Of a stretch of 64,000 nucleotides of DNA, positions 28,616 to 37,037 are shown piece after piece. The stretch spans positions 357,733 through 421,732 of the forward strand of contig CAVROL010000003.1 of NCBI GenBank assembly GCA_963722845.1, written 5' to 3'. A model generated the notes under the pieces. That model was not told the origin of the DNA, searched no databases, and saw only the letters and a list, made by a program, of their open reading frames with translations. Origin of the DNA: Terriglobia bacterium (GTDB lineage Bacteria; Acidobacteriota; Terriglobia; Bryobacterales; Bryobacteraceae). Position 1 is the first letter of the stretch, and every line of letters begins with the position of its first letter. A program made the translations under genes and the position numbers.

Positions 28616-28948
28616 ATGATGAAAACTTTTGTGCTGATAGCTCTTGGTTCGGCTTCCATGTACGGCGCCAGTTGGACCGGGGAAATTTCCGATAGCGCAT
28701 GCGGGACCAGTCACGCCAAAATGATGGCCGAGCATAAGGACGTGAAAACCGACAAGGATTGCACCTTGGCCTGCGTGAAGGCCGGAAGCAAATACGTTCT
28801 GGTGAGCGATGGGAAAGTGTACCAGATTGAAAATCAATCGCTGCCCGCGCTCCAGCAACGCGCAGGTCAAATGGTCGAAGTCACCGGCGACATGAAGGGC
28901 GACAGCATCACTGTATCCAAGATCAGCGCGCCGGGTAAGAAAAAGTAG
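28616..28948 (+). CDS. Small secreted Cys/His-containing protein, unknown function
   Basis: 110-aa track ORF with a signal peptide MMKTFVLIALGSASMYGA. The text is ...SACGTSHAKMM...DCTLACVKAGSKYVLVSDGKVYQIENQ...AGQMVEVTGDMKGDSITVSKI. Confidence 0.5.
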   Translation: MMKTFVLIALGSASMYGASWTGEISDSACGTSHAKMMAEHKDVKTDKDCTLACVKAGSKYVLVSDGKVYQIENQSLPALQQRAGQMVEVTGDMKGDSITVSKISAPGKKK

Positions 28949-28957
28949 CGCGGTGAG

Positions 28958-29314
28958 TCAGGCTGCCGTGGCACGGCGGACGATATCCTCGGCACGGTAC
29001 CAATTTTCATCGTCCGTGCCTTCGGGCTTTCCGGCAAGTTCCCAGCGCAATTCGGCGACCGCTCTCACGCGGTCCGAATCGGAAGCGGGAAACCGGATCG
29101 CCGGCCGCTGCGAGGAACGTAGCAGTTCCTGGGCGAGCTTGTCGCGCTGATCGTTGTAGTTTACGCGCGCCCTCTCCAGTTCCAAAAGGGACTGATCGAT
29201 AGCCTGCCAGTCGGCATTGGAAACCGCCAATAATGCTCGGGCTTCCCGAGTCCTCCTGGCAAACTCGGCAAACGCACTTCGATAATCAGAGATCGTTCTC
29301 ACCGACACGGGCAT
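28958..29314 (-). CDS. DUF2934-like small protein
   Basis: Inner part of track ORF 28958-29551, starting at MPVSVRTISDY. The C-terminal text ELRWELAGKPEGTDDENWYRAEDIV matches my memory of the DUF2934 signature. Confidence 0.55.
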   Translation of the reverse strand: MPVSVRTISDYRSAFAEFARRTREARALLAVSNADWQAIDQSLLELERARVNYNDQRDKLAQELLRSSQRPAIRFPASDSDRVRAVAELRWELAGKPEGTDDENWYRAEDIVRRATAA

Positions 29315-29424
29315 AATTATTAGACGTAATCCATACCCAAAGGGTTCGAGCCAGGCACAAAAATTTCCGGTGTCTAAGCCGTTAAGTACGCTTAGTCGTG
29401 CCGTTATGGGATTGAAAACACCGT

Positions 29425-30426
29425 CTATCGCCCGCGAAGCACCCCTAAGCCGATCTGGCCGTGAAGACCTTGATCGGGCCGCGCGACGTCGCCTCCGCCG
29501 AACCAGACCCGAATCGTGCCGTCGGGCATCTGCTCCACGCTGGGATCGCAAATCACCTGGCTATCCCATTTATTCGATCCGGCTAGGACGACATTGGGAA
29601 GACGTTCCCAGCGGACACCGTCGGCGGAATGCGCCAGGCCCATGCGGCGCTGTTCCTGCTTGTCGCGGCCGGTGTAGAGCATCCACCACTGGCCGCCTGA
29701 GGTCCATACGGCGGGCTCGCCCAGGCCGTTCTGGTCGAACTCCCCGGGAGCGCCTGGTTCGAGAATCGGATTGGTGCGCAGTTTCTCCCACACGACGCCG
29801 TCGGTGGAACGCGCGATGCCCAGGCTTTGGCGGCGGGCGCGGTCCTGGCCCAGATAGAACATATAGAAGTTCCCACCCGCGCGGATGACGTACGGATCGG
29901 CAACCGCCCGCTCATCGAAACTGCCGCGGGGCCCGGCCGGGACGACGGATTCGCCCTGCCGCGTCCAATTCTTACCGTCGCGCGAGCGGGCCAGCGCGAT
30001 GCGTAGCGGATCGCCAGTTTCATACCAGTAGAGAATCTCGTCTCCCACAGTGAGCGCGGAGCCGTTCGCGGCAATGGAAGACGAGGCATCGGGGGAAAGC
30101 ACGCGGCCGAGTTTCGTCCACGCGAGTCCATCGGAAGAAGTCGCGGCGGCGGTGTGCCAGCTGTGCCCATCGTACTCGGAATAGAAGTTCCAGTAGGCGC
30201 CCTGAAAGCGGACGACCGAAGGGTTCAGGACATCGGAAGAATCGCCGCGAGCGATGACCGGTTCCGGCTTCGCCTCCCACGTGAACGGCGCGCGAGGGCC
30301 GGTGGTTTCGGGAGCCGGCAGGGTGAAATCGGCATACCGTCCGCAGCCTGTGAGGAACAGGAGCAACAGAATATGGGGACAGCCTGCATGTTTCCTGGTT
30401 TTTTGCTCGGAAGAATATGGAAACAT
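29425..30426 (-). CDS. Five-bladed beta-propeller glycoside-hydrolase-like lipoprotein (GH43/GH130 superfamily)
   Basis: Track ORF 29425-30441 has lipobox-like FLTGC and repeated S-DG--W blades (TSSDGLAWTKL, SRDGKNWTRQ, STDGVVWEKL, SADGVRWERL). The start is set at the MFPYSS ATG. The first codons lie inside a 21-bp inverted repeat. Confidence 0.65.
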   Translation of the reverse strand: MFPYSSEQKTRKHAGCPHILLLLFLTGCGRYADFTLPAPETTGPRAPFTWEAKPEPVIARGDSSDVLNPSVVRFQGAYWNFYSEYDGHSWHTAAATSSDGLAWTKLGRVLSPDASSSIAANGSALTVGDEILYWYETGDPLRIALARSRDGKNWTRQGESVVPAGPRGSFDERAVADPYVIRAGGNFYMFYLGQDRARRQSLGIARSTDGVVWEKLRTNPILEPGAPGEFDQNGLGEPAVWTSGGQWWMLYTGRDKQEQRRMGLAHSADGVRWERLPNVVLAGSNKWDSQVICDPSVEQMPDGTIRVWFGGGDVARPDQGLHGQIGLGVLRGR

Positions 30427-30439
30427 GCAGGCTGTCCCC
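30376..30439 (-). terminator. Perfect 21-bp inverted repeat after the histidine-kinase stop (GGGGACAGCC stem family)
   Basis: GGGGACAGCCTGCATGTTTCC (30376-30396) pairs with GGAAACATGCAGGCTGTCCCC (30419-30439), with a 22-nt loop. It lies immediately 3' of the stop at 30441. Confidence 0.55.
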
Positions 30440-30440
30440 A

Positions 30441-31568
30441 CTAGAGAGGCACGCGGATAGCCAGCTTGGAGCCGCGGCCCGGCCCGGATTCGAGCGACAA
30501 GTCGCCCTCGAGCACCTTTACGCGGCGCTTGATGCTGGTGGGACCCAGGCGCAGCAGCTCCAGTTCTTCCAGAGAAAACGATCCCGTAAAAGGGAATCCT
30601 TCCCCGTTATCCTCCACCGAGATTTGCAGATTCTGATCGACGCGCGCAGCCGTGATCGCCACGCGGGTTGCCCCGGAATGCTTCAGGATGTTGTTCAGCG
30701 CCTCACGGACAATCTGCAGCACTTCGAGCGAAACCTGGGTATCGGCGGGATCGTGCAGTTCGCCCCCCGAAAACGTGGTCGCGATACTCGAGTCGCGCTG
30801 AAACAATTCGGCCATGCGGCTGAGCGATGCCGCCAGTCCCATACCCTCGTCGGCAGGCCGCATGCTGCGCACGAAGCTGCGAAGATCGGCCACCTGCGAC
30901 TGGCACAGTTCCTGCAGCTGATGCAGCTCCCGCACGCCCGCCTCCGGATCGCGCTGCATCAATTTGCGGATGATCTCCAGGCGCATCTGAAAGCTGATGA
31001 AGCTTTGCAGGGGACCGTCGTGAAAATCCGCGGCGATGCGCTGGCGCTCGGCTTCCCGGGCCAGCTGCGACTGCGACCGGATCATGACGTTATGGCGGAG
31101 CGTGGTGGACATGCGTTCCTCGAGATACCGCTTATACAGGCCCACCGCCGCCGCGGCGCCTCCCGTGGCCAGCACGGTCCACAGCAGGTTTCCGTTGCGC
31201 CCGGGCGGAAGAATCAGCGCGATGAAAACGGCCGCCACGAAAGTAATCGCGGCCCGCGCCAGATCGTGCAGCAGCACGGTGGACCCCAGCAGATACCCGC
31301 AGGCCAGTGCCGGCTGCCAGTCGCCCGGAGCCTGCCAGGTCCAGATCGCGAAGTTGGTGGCGTCGGCTATGATTGCGGTGGCCGCGCGCACCGGTGTTTC
31401 GTAGCGCACGGCGAACACCGCGCCCAGCGAATAAACCGTATAGGCCGCGATGAGCGCTGTGACCCAGTTTTGCCCGAACCCCGCGGTTCGAACGTAGGCC
31501 GCCGCGCACGCCACTGCCAGCACCAGGCGCGCGATGCGGAGAGCCAGCCGCCCATGATACGGAACCAT
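30441..31568 (-). CDS. Membrane sensor histidine kinase, HisKA_3 (NarL-partner) type
   Basis: 375-aa track ORF with about 4-5 N-terminal TM helices. It has the H-box ERQRIAADFHDGPLQSF, the N-box REALNNILKHSGAT and the text VEDNGEGFP. No response regulator gene is adjacent. Confidence 0.85.
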   Translation of the reverse strand: MVPYHGRLALRIARLVLAVACAAAYVRTAGFGQNWVTALIAAYTVYSLGAVFAVRYETPVRAATAIIADATNFAIWTWQAPGDWQPALACGYLLGSTVLLHDLARAAITFVAAVFIALILPPGRNGNLLWTVLATGGAAAAVGLYKRYLEERMSTTLRHNVMIRSQSQLAREAERQRIAADFHDGPLQSFISFQMRLEIIRKLMQRDPEAGVRELHQLQELCQSQVADLRSFVRSMRPADEGMGLAASLSRMAELFQRDSSIATTFSGGELHDPADTQVSLEVLQIVREALNNILKHSGATRVAITAARVDQNLQISVEDNGEGFPFTGSFSLEELELLRLGPTSIKRRVKVLEGDLSLESGPGRGSKLAIRVPL

Positions 31569-31574
31569 TTTGAC

Positions 31575-31602
31575 TTAGACCATCTTGATTTAGACCATCT
31601 TG
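31575..31602. repeat. Two tandem copies of TTAGACCATCTTG (15-nt period) just upstream of the kinase start
   Basis: The copies are at 31575-31587 and 31590-31602. The kinase ATG is at 31566-31568 on the minus strand. Confidence 0.6.
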
Positions 31603-31614
31603 GCTGGAATCATC

Positions 31615-32157
31615 TCAACGCCGGTACAGATACAGATGGTGGCTGCGTCCCTCGCCGTCGTCTTCGATGCTCAGGCTCTGAACCGGCGTCCACGCGGCGA
31701 ACTCGAAATCGTGCGCCACGATGCGCGCGCCCTTCTTAAGCTGCTTTTCGAGAATCGGCGTCACCAGTTCATTCCCCACCGGCAGCAAGTACACAGTAAG
31801 AAGATCGGCGGAGGAGTAGTCCTGCTTGAGCAGGTCACCTTCGATGACGTGCGCGGTGGACGCCAAGCCCAAGGTCTTAATGCGGTCCAGGCTTTGGCGG
31901 ACCAGCGACGCGTTCAGCTCTACACCGGTAGCGTCTGCCTTGTATTTCTGAGCCGCCATGATCACGATGCGCCCGTCGCCCGAACCCAGGTCGAACATCT
32001 TCTCGCCGGCTTTCAGGCCGCCCAACTGCAGCATCTTGTCGACGACAATCTGGGGAGTGGGATAGTACGGCGCGAGCTGATCGTCTTTAGGCTGCTGTCC
32101 GGGAAGTAGAATCAGGCAGGAGATGAGAAGAATTATAAGGACGAGGGCAACACGCAT
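31615..32157 (-). CDS. Class I SAM-dependent methyltransferase with N-terminal signal/anchor
   Basis: 180-aa track ORF with motif I (MFDLGSGDGRIVIMAA) and ...ATGVELN.... Its start overlaps the upstream gene stop at 32157. Confidence 0.8.
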   Translation of the reverse strand: MRVALVLIILLISCLILLPGQQPKDDQLAPYYPTPQIVVDKMLQLGGLKAGEKMFDLGSGDGRIVIMAAQKYKADATGVELNASLVRQSLDRIKTLGLASTAHVIEGDLLKQDYSSADLLTVYLLPVGNELVTPILEKQLKKGARIVAHDFEFAAWTPVQSLSIEDDGEGRSHHLYLYRR

Positions 32158-34079
32158 TAAGGTTCAATATATACCCGGACGCGATTGCTCGGCTGGCCAT
32201 CCACTTCGAGATACAATTCCGCGGGCCCGTAATTGACGATGTTCGGGATTTCGATTTCCACCAGATACATGCCTACGAAACCCGGATCCAGCATCGCGCG
32301 CGTGACATTCACGGGAGACCGGTCAAGCAGTACACGAACGGGAGCGGCCACTGTGTGGGGAACGTCGGCCGGAGCCGGCAGGCCAGTCGGCCAGCTCGGC
32401 TGCACCTGGCCGAGACCGGTGGCCAGGATCTGAATGCGCGCGTGCGAATGCGCCGGATGCATGGCATCCAGCAGCACGCCATTATCGGCATCGAGCAGAA
32501 GCGGCGCACCGTCGCTTGGATCCAGTTGAATGGCGGGCGCGGCCGAAACCAGCGGCACCGGCGGCAGCATGCGCGCTCCAGCCGGACCATCGATAGCCAG
32601 CGCCAGCGAATCGCCGCGTACTTCGAACGGGATTTGAACCTGGGATCCCTGGTCCGTCGCGAATAACACCGGAACCGGAAGTCCGCCGGCATTGGCGGAA
32701 TTCACACGGGCGCCTTCGACACTGAACAATGTTCCTGGAGCGGCCGCACGGGCTATTAGACCGGCGGAAGTGATCAGCCGGGGATCGCCCGCGCGATGCG
32801 GCGCCATGGTTTGGTACAGTCCGTAGCCTTCGAGAGCAACCCACAACTGAATCGCACTCGAATCGAGCCTCACGTCGGTGGCGGGTGTCGTCAACAAGCC
32901 CGGCAGCGCCGTCCAGGATGGAGGCACAACGCTCAAGACGGTGAGATTTGTCTGCGCGAAGAAGACGCCCTGATCGGTGGCGATGTAGATCGCGTTTCCG
33001 GCCGGATCGGCGGTGACCCCGTGAACCGTGACGTCCGGTAGATTCGCGGAAATATCGTCCCACGAGAGGCCGCCATCGATGGTGTGCAGCACGCGCGGCG
33101 GAATTCCTTCCGGTCCGTGGGTGCGGGAGGCAAGCACCGCGAGAGCCACCCGCGGATCGGTGGGATTCACCCAGAAGGCGGTCACGGCGCCGCTCTGTCC
33201 GATGCTCCTCTCGGGCTGCCAGTTGACTCCGTTATCGGCCGAGACGATGATGCGGCCGTCCGCCATCCCGGAGTACACGTACGGCTGGACGATGTCTATC
33301 GCCGTAACGGCTGCGCCGCGGGTCTGACCTAACGACTGGCGATACAACAGGTCATTCGCCGCTGCGGTGTTGTACGCGGGCCGCCAGGCCTGTCGTTCGC
33401 CTGGCTGCCATTCGACCATCAATGCGCCGGGCAGCTCGACCTGGGTACCTTGCGGGCCTTCAGGAAGGCTTCGGATGCGAGCCGGGGGCAGATTCGGAAG
33501 GTTCTCATTGATGCTGCTCCAGGACCGGCCTCCATCCAGCGAACGAAAGACTCCAGCCGATCCGGCCACGGCAATTTCATCTTCATTGGAGGGCGAAATC
33601 GCCAGATCGCGGATGTACTCGCCGACAATGGACAGGCCGTGAAACGCCGTCAGATTCTCCCAGTGCTTTCCGCCATCGTCGGAGCGGTACACGAATCGGC
33701 CAAACGCATAAACCCGCGGACTTCCGGCAACCGGATTGCGAACCTGCGCGCCATTTTCGGGGAGAGGGACCGACCTGCTTTCCGGTACCGGTGGCATCAG
33801 GGTGCCGGGCGGAGCCGCGGACCATCTATCGAAGTCGCTGGTTACAAATAACTTACCGGACCAGGATCGTATCGACATCTGGTCGCCCGCCGGCGAATAC
33901 CACACCCGTTCGACAGGTCCCGTGGCCAGCCCTGCCAACTCCAAATCCATGGCGGCATTGCCGACACGCCTCCAATCGGGCGTTTGCTGTACGCCTGTTT
34001 GGGCACTGCCCTGGCCCTGAGCGGACGCCGCCAGCGCGAGCGCGAGGAGCCCGAGGCCCAGTGTGGCTTTGCTACCCAT
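32157..34079 (-). CDS. Secreted BNR/Asp-box beta-propeller protein with TIGR03437-like C-terminal domain
   Basis: Track ORF 32157-34157. The likely start is MGSKATLGLGLLALALAASAQG at 34079. Asp-boxes are SDDGGKHWENL, SLDGGRSWSSI, SADNGVNWQPE and TIDGGLSWDDI. The C-terminus is ...IQILATGLGQV...GFVGMYLVEIEIPN...GQPSNRVRVYIEP. Confidence 0.75.
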   Translation of the reverse strand: MGSKATLGLGLLALALAASAQGQGSAQTGVQQTPDWRRVGNAAMDLELAGLATGPVERVWYSPAGDQMSIRSWSGKLFVTSDFDRWSAAPPGTLMPPVPESRSVPLPENGAQVRNPVAGSPRVYAFGRFVYRSDDGGKHWENLTAFHGLSIVGEYIRDLAISPSNEDEIAVAGSAGVFRSLDGGRSWSSINENLPNLPPARIRSLPEGPQGTQVELPGALMVEWQPGERQAWRPAYNTAAANDLLYRQSLGQTRGAAVTAIDIVQPYVYSGMADGRIIVSADNGVNWQPERSIGQSGAVTAFWVNPTDPRVALAVLASRTHGPEGIPPRVLHTIDGGLSWDDISANLPDVTVHGVTADPAGNAIYIATDQGVFFAQTNLTVLSVVPPSWTALPGLLTTPATDVRLDSSAIQLWVALEGYGLYQTMAPHRAGDPRLITSAGLIARAAAPGTLFSVEGARVNSANAGGLPVPVLFATDQGSQVQIPFEVRGDSLALAIDGPAGARMLPPVPLVSAAPAIQLDPSDGAPLLLDADNGVLLDAMHPAHSHARIQILATGLGQVQPSWPTGLPAPADVPHTVAAPVRVLLDRSPVNVTRAMLDPGFVGMYLVEIEIPNIVNYGPAELYLEVDGQPSNRVRVYIEP

Positions 34080-34303
34080 GGATCGTGTCCATTGTACCCT
34101 TAACCTATCGGCAGAAGCGGCCCGAACCTGCTGATTCCAGTGATCCCAGAACGACACAAATCGTTCCGGAGCCGCACTTGCAAGTGCATTTTTGATGTTA
34201 GACTAACTCCATACCCGAGCCTGGCATTCCAGGTTGAAGGGTGGGGTTTATTCGTTTTTTGCCGATGCTTTTTTAGCCGGTGCTTTTTTAGCTGTTTTTT
34301 AAG

Positions 34304-35095
34304 ATGACGAGGGTCCTGAGATCCACGACGGCGAGGTTGTCGCTTCTGATGGGGCTGACGGCCGTCGTGTGTCTGGGCCAGTTCCTTCCCTCCGATGCAG
34401 GAACTTACGCCGCAAGGGTGGTCACGCTAACCGGACAGGTTTCGGTTATGAAGGATTTCCAGCCTTGGGCGCTTTCGGCGGGCGATAGCATCCAGGTGAC
34501 CCAGAGGATCGTGACCGGTCCGGACGGACACGCGTTACTACAGGTGTCGGACGGCAGCACCATCGAGGTCTATCCCAATTCCACGTTCGTGTTCCGGCAG
34601 AATCCGGGCAATTGGCGGGATCTGATCGATGTGTTTCTCGGCAAGGTGCGGGTGCACATCGAACATCTGGGAACAACTCCCAATCCGAATCGAGTATTGA
34701 CTCCGGTCGCGGTCATCTCCGTGCGCGGCACCACCTTCGATGTCACGGTGAACGACGACGACGAGAGCACCATAGTAGAAGTGGAAGACGGCACGGTGGA
34801 AGTGCGGCACGCTCTCCTCAGCGGGAACACGGCTGTCCTCAACGCCGGCGAGGTCTTCCGGATCTATCGCGATGAGCCGATCGCGCAACGGATGGATAAA
34901 GGTAACGCGGCGCGGCAGGCGCTGCGAATTGTGGTCAACGTGATCGCGATCGTGGGCCGTTCGAGCGGAGGCAGGATCACTCTGCCGGGCGGCGGCACCG
35001 GTTCCGTGGGCGATACCGGCGGCAAGACTGCGCCTCCGCCGGCTCCACCGCCACCGCCTCCTCCACCGCCAACAGCGCTGCCTTCGCTTCCTTAG
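34304..35095 (+). CDS. FecR-domain protein, secreted, Pro-rich C-terminus
   Basis: 263-aa track ORF with a signal peptide. The text is ...VVTLTGQVSVMKD...GDSIQVTQRIVTGPDGHALLQVSDGSTIEVYPNSTFVF...VISVRGTTFDV..., followed by a PPAPPPPPPPPP tail. Confidence 0.7.
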   Translation: MTRVLRSTTARLSLLMGLTAVVCLGQFLPSDAGTYAARVVTLTGQVSVMKDFQPWALSAGDSIQVTQRIVTGPDGHALLQVSDGSTIEVYPNSTFVFRQNPGNWRDLIDVFLGKVRVHIEHLGTTPNPNRVLTPVAVISVRGTTFDVTVNDDDESTIVEVEDGTVEVRHALLSGNTAVLNAGEVFRIYRDEPIAQRMDKGNAARQALRIVVNVIAIVGRSSGGRITLPGGGTGSVGDTGGKTAPPPAPPPPPPPPPTALPSLP

Positions 35096-35158
35096 GTACT
35101 CGATTTTCCCGCCACGATTTGGAGGCTTTCCCTGCATGCGACACTAGCGTGTAGGCTT

Positions 35159-35725
35159 ATGAAGTCGCTCCTACTATGCTTTCCGCTGGTTTCGGTTTCT
35201 TTGTGGGGGCAAGCGGCGCCCAGCGTTCCCGCCCCTTGGGATGTCTCTAAGAGCGTCAGCGATCTGGCCGCACAAGTGGCGAAGCTCAAACCGGTTCTGG
35301 CGCAATTGACACCGCAGGCCTGGGTGGAACAAGGCGCTCCGTCGGCGTACGTCGCGCAGTGGCAGAGCGCACAGCAGGAGCTCGATTATCTGGCTCAGAC
35401 CGCTCGCGCCCTGGAGAAGCAGCCGGAGAAAATGACCGTGGCGCTGGACTTGTATTTCCGGATCCAGGGGGTCGAGTGGCGGCTGCAATCGCTTTCCGAA
35501 GGCGCGCGGAAGTATCAGAGTGCAGCGGCCGGCGATCAGATTGCAGAAGCCGTGGGCGTACATGCCACCCAGCGCGATCAGCTGCGCCAGTACATCGCCG
35601 ATTTGGCCGCGCAGAAGGAGCAGGAGCTGGCGGTGATGGATAAAGAAGCCCAGCGCTGCCGCGAAGAGCAGAACGCGTCGCGTCCGCCGGCGGCTGCGCC
35701 CAAGAAAACTACCAAGTCGAAGTAG
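35159..35725 (+). CDS. Secreted helical/coiled-coil protein, unknown function
   Basis: 188-aa track ORF with a signal peptide MKSLLLCFPLVSVSLWGQA. It is rich in Q/A/E/L and has high GC3. Confidence 0.5.
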   Translation: MKSLLLCFPLVSVSLWGQAAPSVPAPWDVSKSVSDLAAQVAKLKPVLAQLTPQAWVEQGAPSAYVAQWQSAQQELDYLAQTARALEKQPEKMTVALDLYFRIQGVEWRLQSLSEGARKYQSAAAGDQIAEAVGVHATQRDQLRQYIADLAAQKEQELAVMDKEAQRCREEQNASRPPAAAPKKTTKSK

Positions 35726-35737
35726 GAGACTAGAACT

Positions 35738-35896
35738 GTGAGTGAGACGATCACCTTCGCGTGCAGCATCTGTGGAGAGCCTTCCACCGAGATCTGCGTG
35801 TACTGCACCAAAGACACCTGCGAGAATCATCGCTGCGCAAAATGCCAGCGGTGCAGCGACTGCTGCCAGTGCGAGCAGCGGCGGACGCAGGACTGA
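35738..35896 (+). CDS. 52-aa Cys-rich (11 Cys + 1 His) zinc-finger-like mini-protein, B-box-like spacing
   Basis: Not in the ORF track because it is under 60 aa. My translation from GTG 35738 is MSETITFACSICGEPSTEICVYCTKDTCENHRCAKCQRCSDCCQCEQRRTQD*. An AGGAG SD lies 10 nt upstream and third codon positions are strongly G/C-rich. Hairpins and a U-tract terminator follow. Confidence 0.5.
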   Translation: MSETITFACSICGEPSTEICVYCTKDTCENHRCAKCQRCSDCCQCEQRRTQD

Positions 35897-35961
35897 AGAA
35901 AAAGGGGACAGGCCGCTCTGTCCACTGCCACTCTGGCACGCGAGCTCATGAACTTACGGGA

Positions 35962-35997
35962 GGGGACAGAGTAGCCTGTCCCCTTTTCCCGCTTTTT
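35962..35997 (+). terminator. Rho-independent terminator (GGGGACAG-agtagc-CTGTCCCC followed by TTTTCCCGCTTTTT)
   Basis: An 8-bp GC-rich stem is followed by T-runs. It is downstream of the 34304-35896 plus-strand cluster. A weaker hairpin GGACAG-gccgct-CTGTCC lies at 35906-35923. Confidence 0.65.
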
Positions 35998-36006
35998 CAG
36001 CACGCC

Positions 36007-37014
36007 CTAGCGTTTCTTTTTTGCCGCTGCGATCACCGAGTCGCGATCCCCGCGCGTCCAGGCGGACTGGATGTCCGGTTCGGGCATCCCGGCGACGCGG
36101 CCGAGCAGGATGAAAGCCGGCAGGGCATGGCTGAGCGTTTTCCAGCGCGCCATGTCGATCAACGCATCGAGCGCGCGGGTGCGCAACTGATCCAGAACCA
36201 GAGGTTCCCGGCTATCCGTCAGCGTCTGGAGGGCCCACAGCGCGCGATGGCGGTCCGACCAGGACAGCGAATTCAGCATTTCTATGAACCACGTCGGTGA
36301 AACGCTGATTTCCGACGACGGGTCGAGCTTGGCGAGCACACTCAACGCGACCAGGCTCCGCCCAGCATTGTTGCGAACACCGGCATCGGCATCCTTGAGC
36401 GCATTCTGAAGATCGTTGACAACGCCGCTCTTGCGGGTGGCATAGACCAGAACATAGGCCGCGATGGCGCGCTGCGATTCGTCGCTGGAGTTGCGCAGCA
36501 CCTCGCGGAGCTGAGACAGATCTTTGTCCGCCAGCGCCGGGAACATCTCCTGTATCGCGCGCGCGGAACCGTCCGCCATCAGGGGATGGCCGTGGGTCAG
36601 GTCCTCGTCGGTGGAACCGCGGCGGGAAGCGGCCTCGGCGGCCTCCAGAAACCGGTTGTAGGCGCTGACGATCTCATCGGGAAGGGTGACGTCACCCTCC
36701 GGCGGCTCGCGCAGATCGAAATGCGGAGCGCCGCGCTCCTCGATCCCGACATAGAGGATGGTCTGGCCGCTATCGCAACATACGGCTTCCAGATGCGATT
36801 CGACCACGCCCGGGATCTGGTCCAGTTTCGTCTCGGCGTCGCCCTTGGAGGGCGGCATCCGGTCGCCCTCGCGGACGCCCAGGGCTTTGCGGATTTGAGA
36901 TTCGGAGACTTTGCGAAGACCGTAGAAATCGAGAACGTCGATCTTCAGGTCCTGCGCGTCGATTGCCGTGACAGCCAGAAAAAGGAAAATCGGAAGCGTG
37001 CGGCGACATTGCAT
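36007..37014 (-). CDS. Secreted protein, POTRA-like N-terminal module plus HEAT/ARM-like helical repeats, unknown function
   Basis: 335-aa track ORF with a signal peptide MQCRRTLPIFLFLAVTAIDAQ. The text is ...IDVLDFYGLRKVSESQIRKALGVREGD..., followed by helical repeats. The domain calls are impressionistic. Confidence 0.45.
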   Translation of the reverse strand: MQCRRTLPIFLFLAVTAIDAQDLKIDVLDFYGLRKVSESQIRKALGVREGDRMPPSKGDAETKLDQIPGVVESHLEAVCCDSGQTILYVGIEERGAPHFDLREPPEGDVTLPDEIVSAYNRFLEAAEAASRRGSTDEDLTHGHPLMADGSARAIQEMFPALADKDLSQLREVLRNSSDESQRAIAAYVLVYATRKSGVVNDLQNALKDADAGVRNNAGRSLVALSVLAKLDPSSEISVSPTWFIEMLNSLSWSDRHRALWALQTLTDSREPLVLDQLRTRALDALIDMARWKTLSHALPAFILLGRVAGMPEPDIQSAWTRGDRDSVIAAAKKKR

Positions 37015-37037
37015 ACTTGGTAGACGCGCGGGGGCGC

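Noticed and set aside
31575-31602. The short tandem repeats here and at 56146-56235 as CRISPR arrays.
   Set aside because: There are only two contiguous units without spacers, no cas genes, and the positions are typical of promoter or operator DNA.
30417-31739. 440-aa plus-strand ORF antisense to the histidine kinase. Similar long antisense ORFs are 19379-20485, 38096-39316, 45786-46736, 52569-53552 and 61574-62743.
   Set aside because: All are Arg/Gly/His-rich with no domain signatures. Each is fully overlapped by a well-supported gene on the other strand.
34255-34300. Four T6 tracts spaced 14, 15 and 11 nt apart (GCTTTTTTAGC-like units) immediately upstream of the FecR-domain gene.
   Set aside because: The spacing is not helical-phase. 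This is most likely an AT-rich divergent promoter or UP-element region, and there is no evidence for anything more specific.
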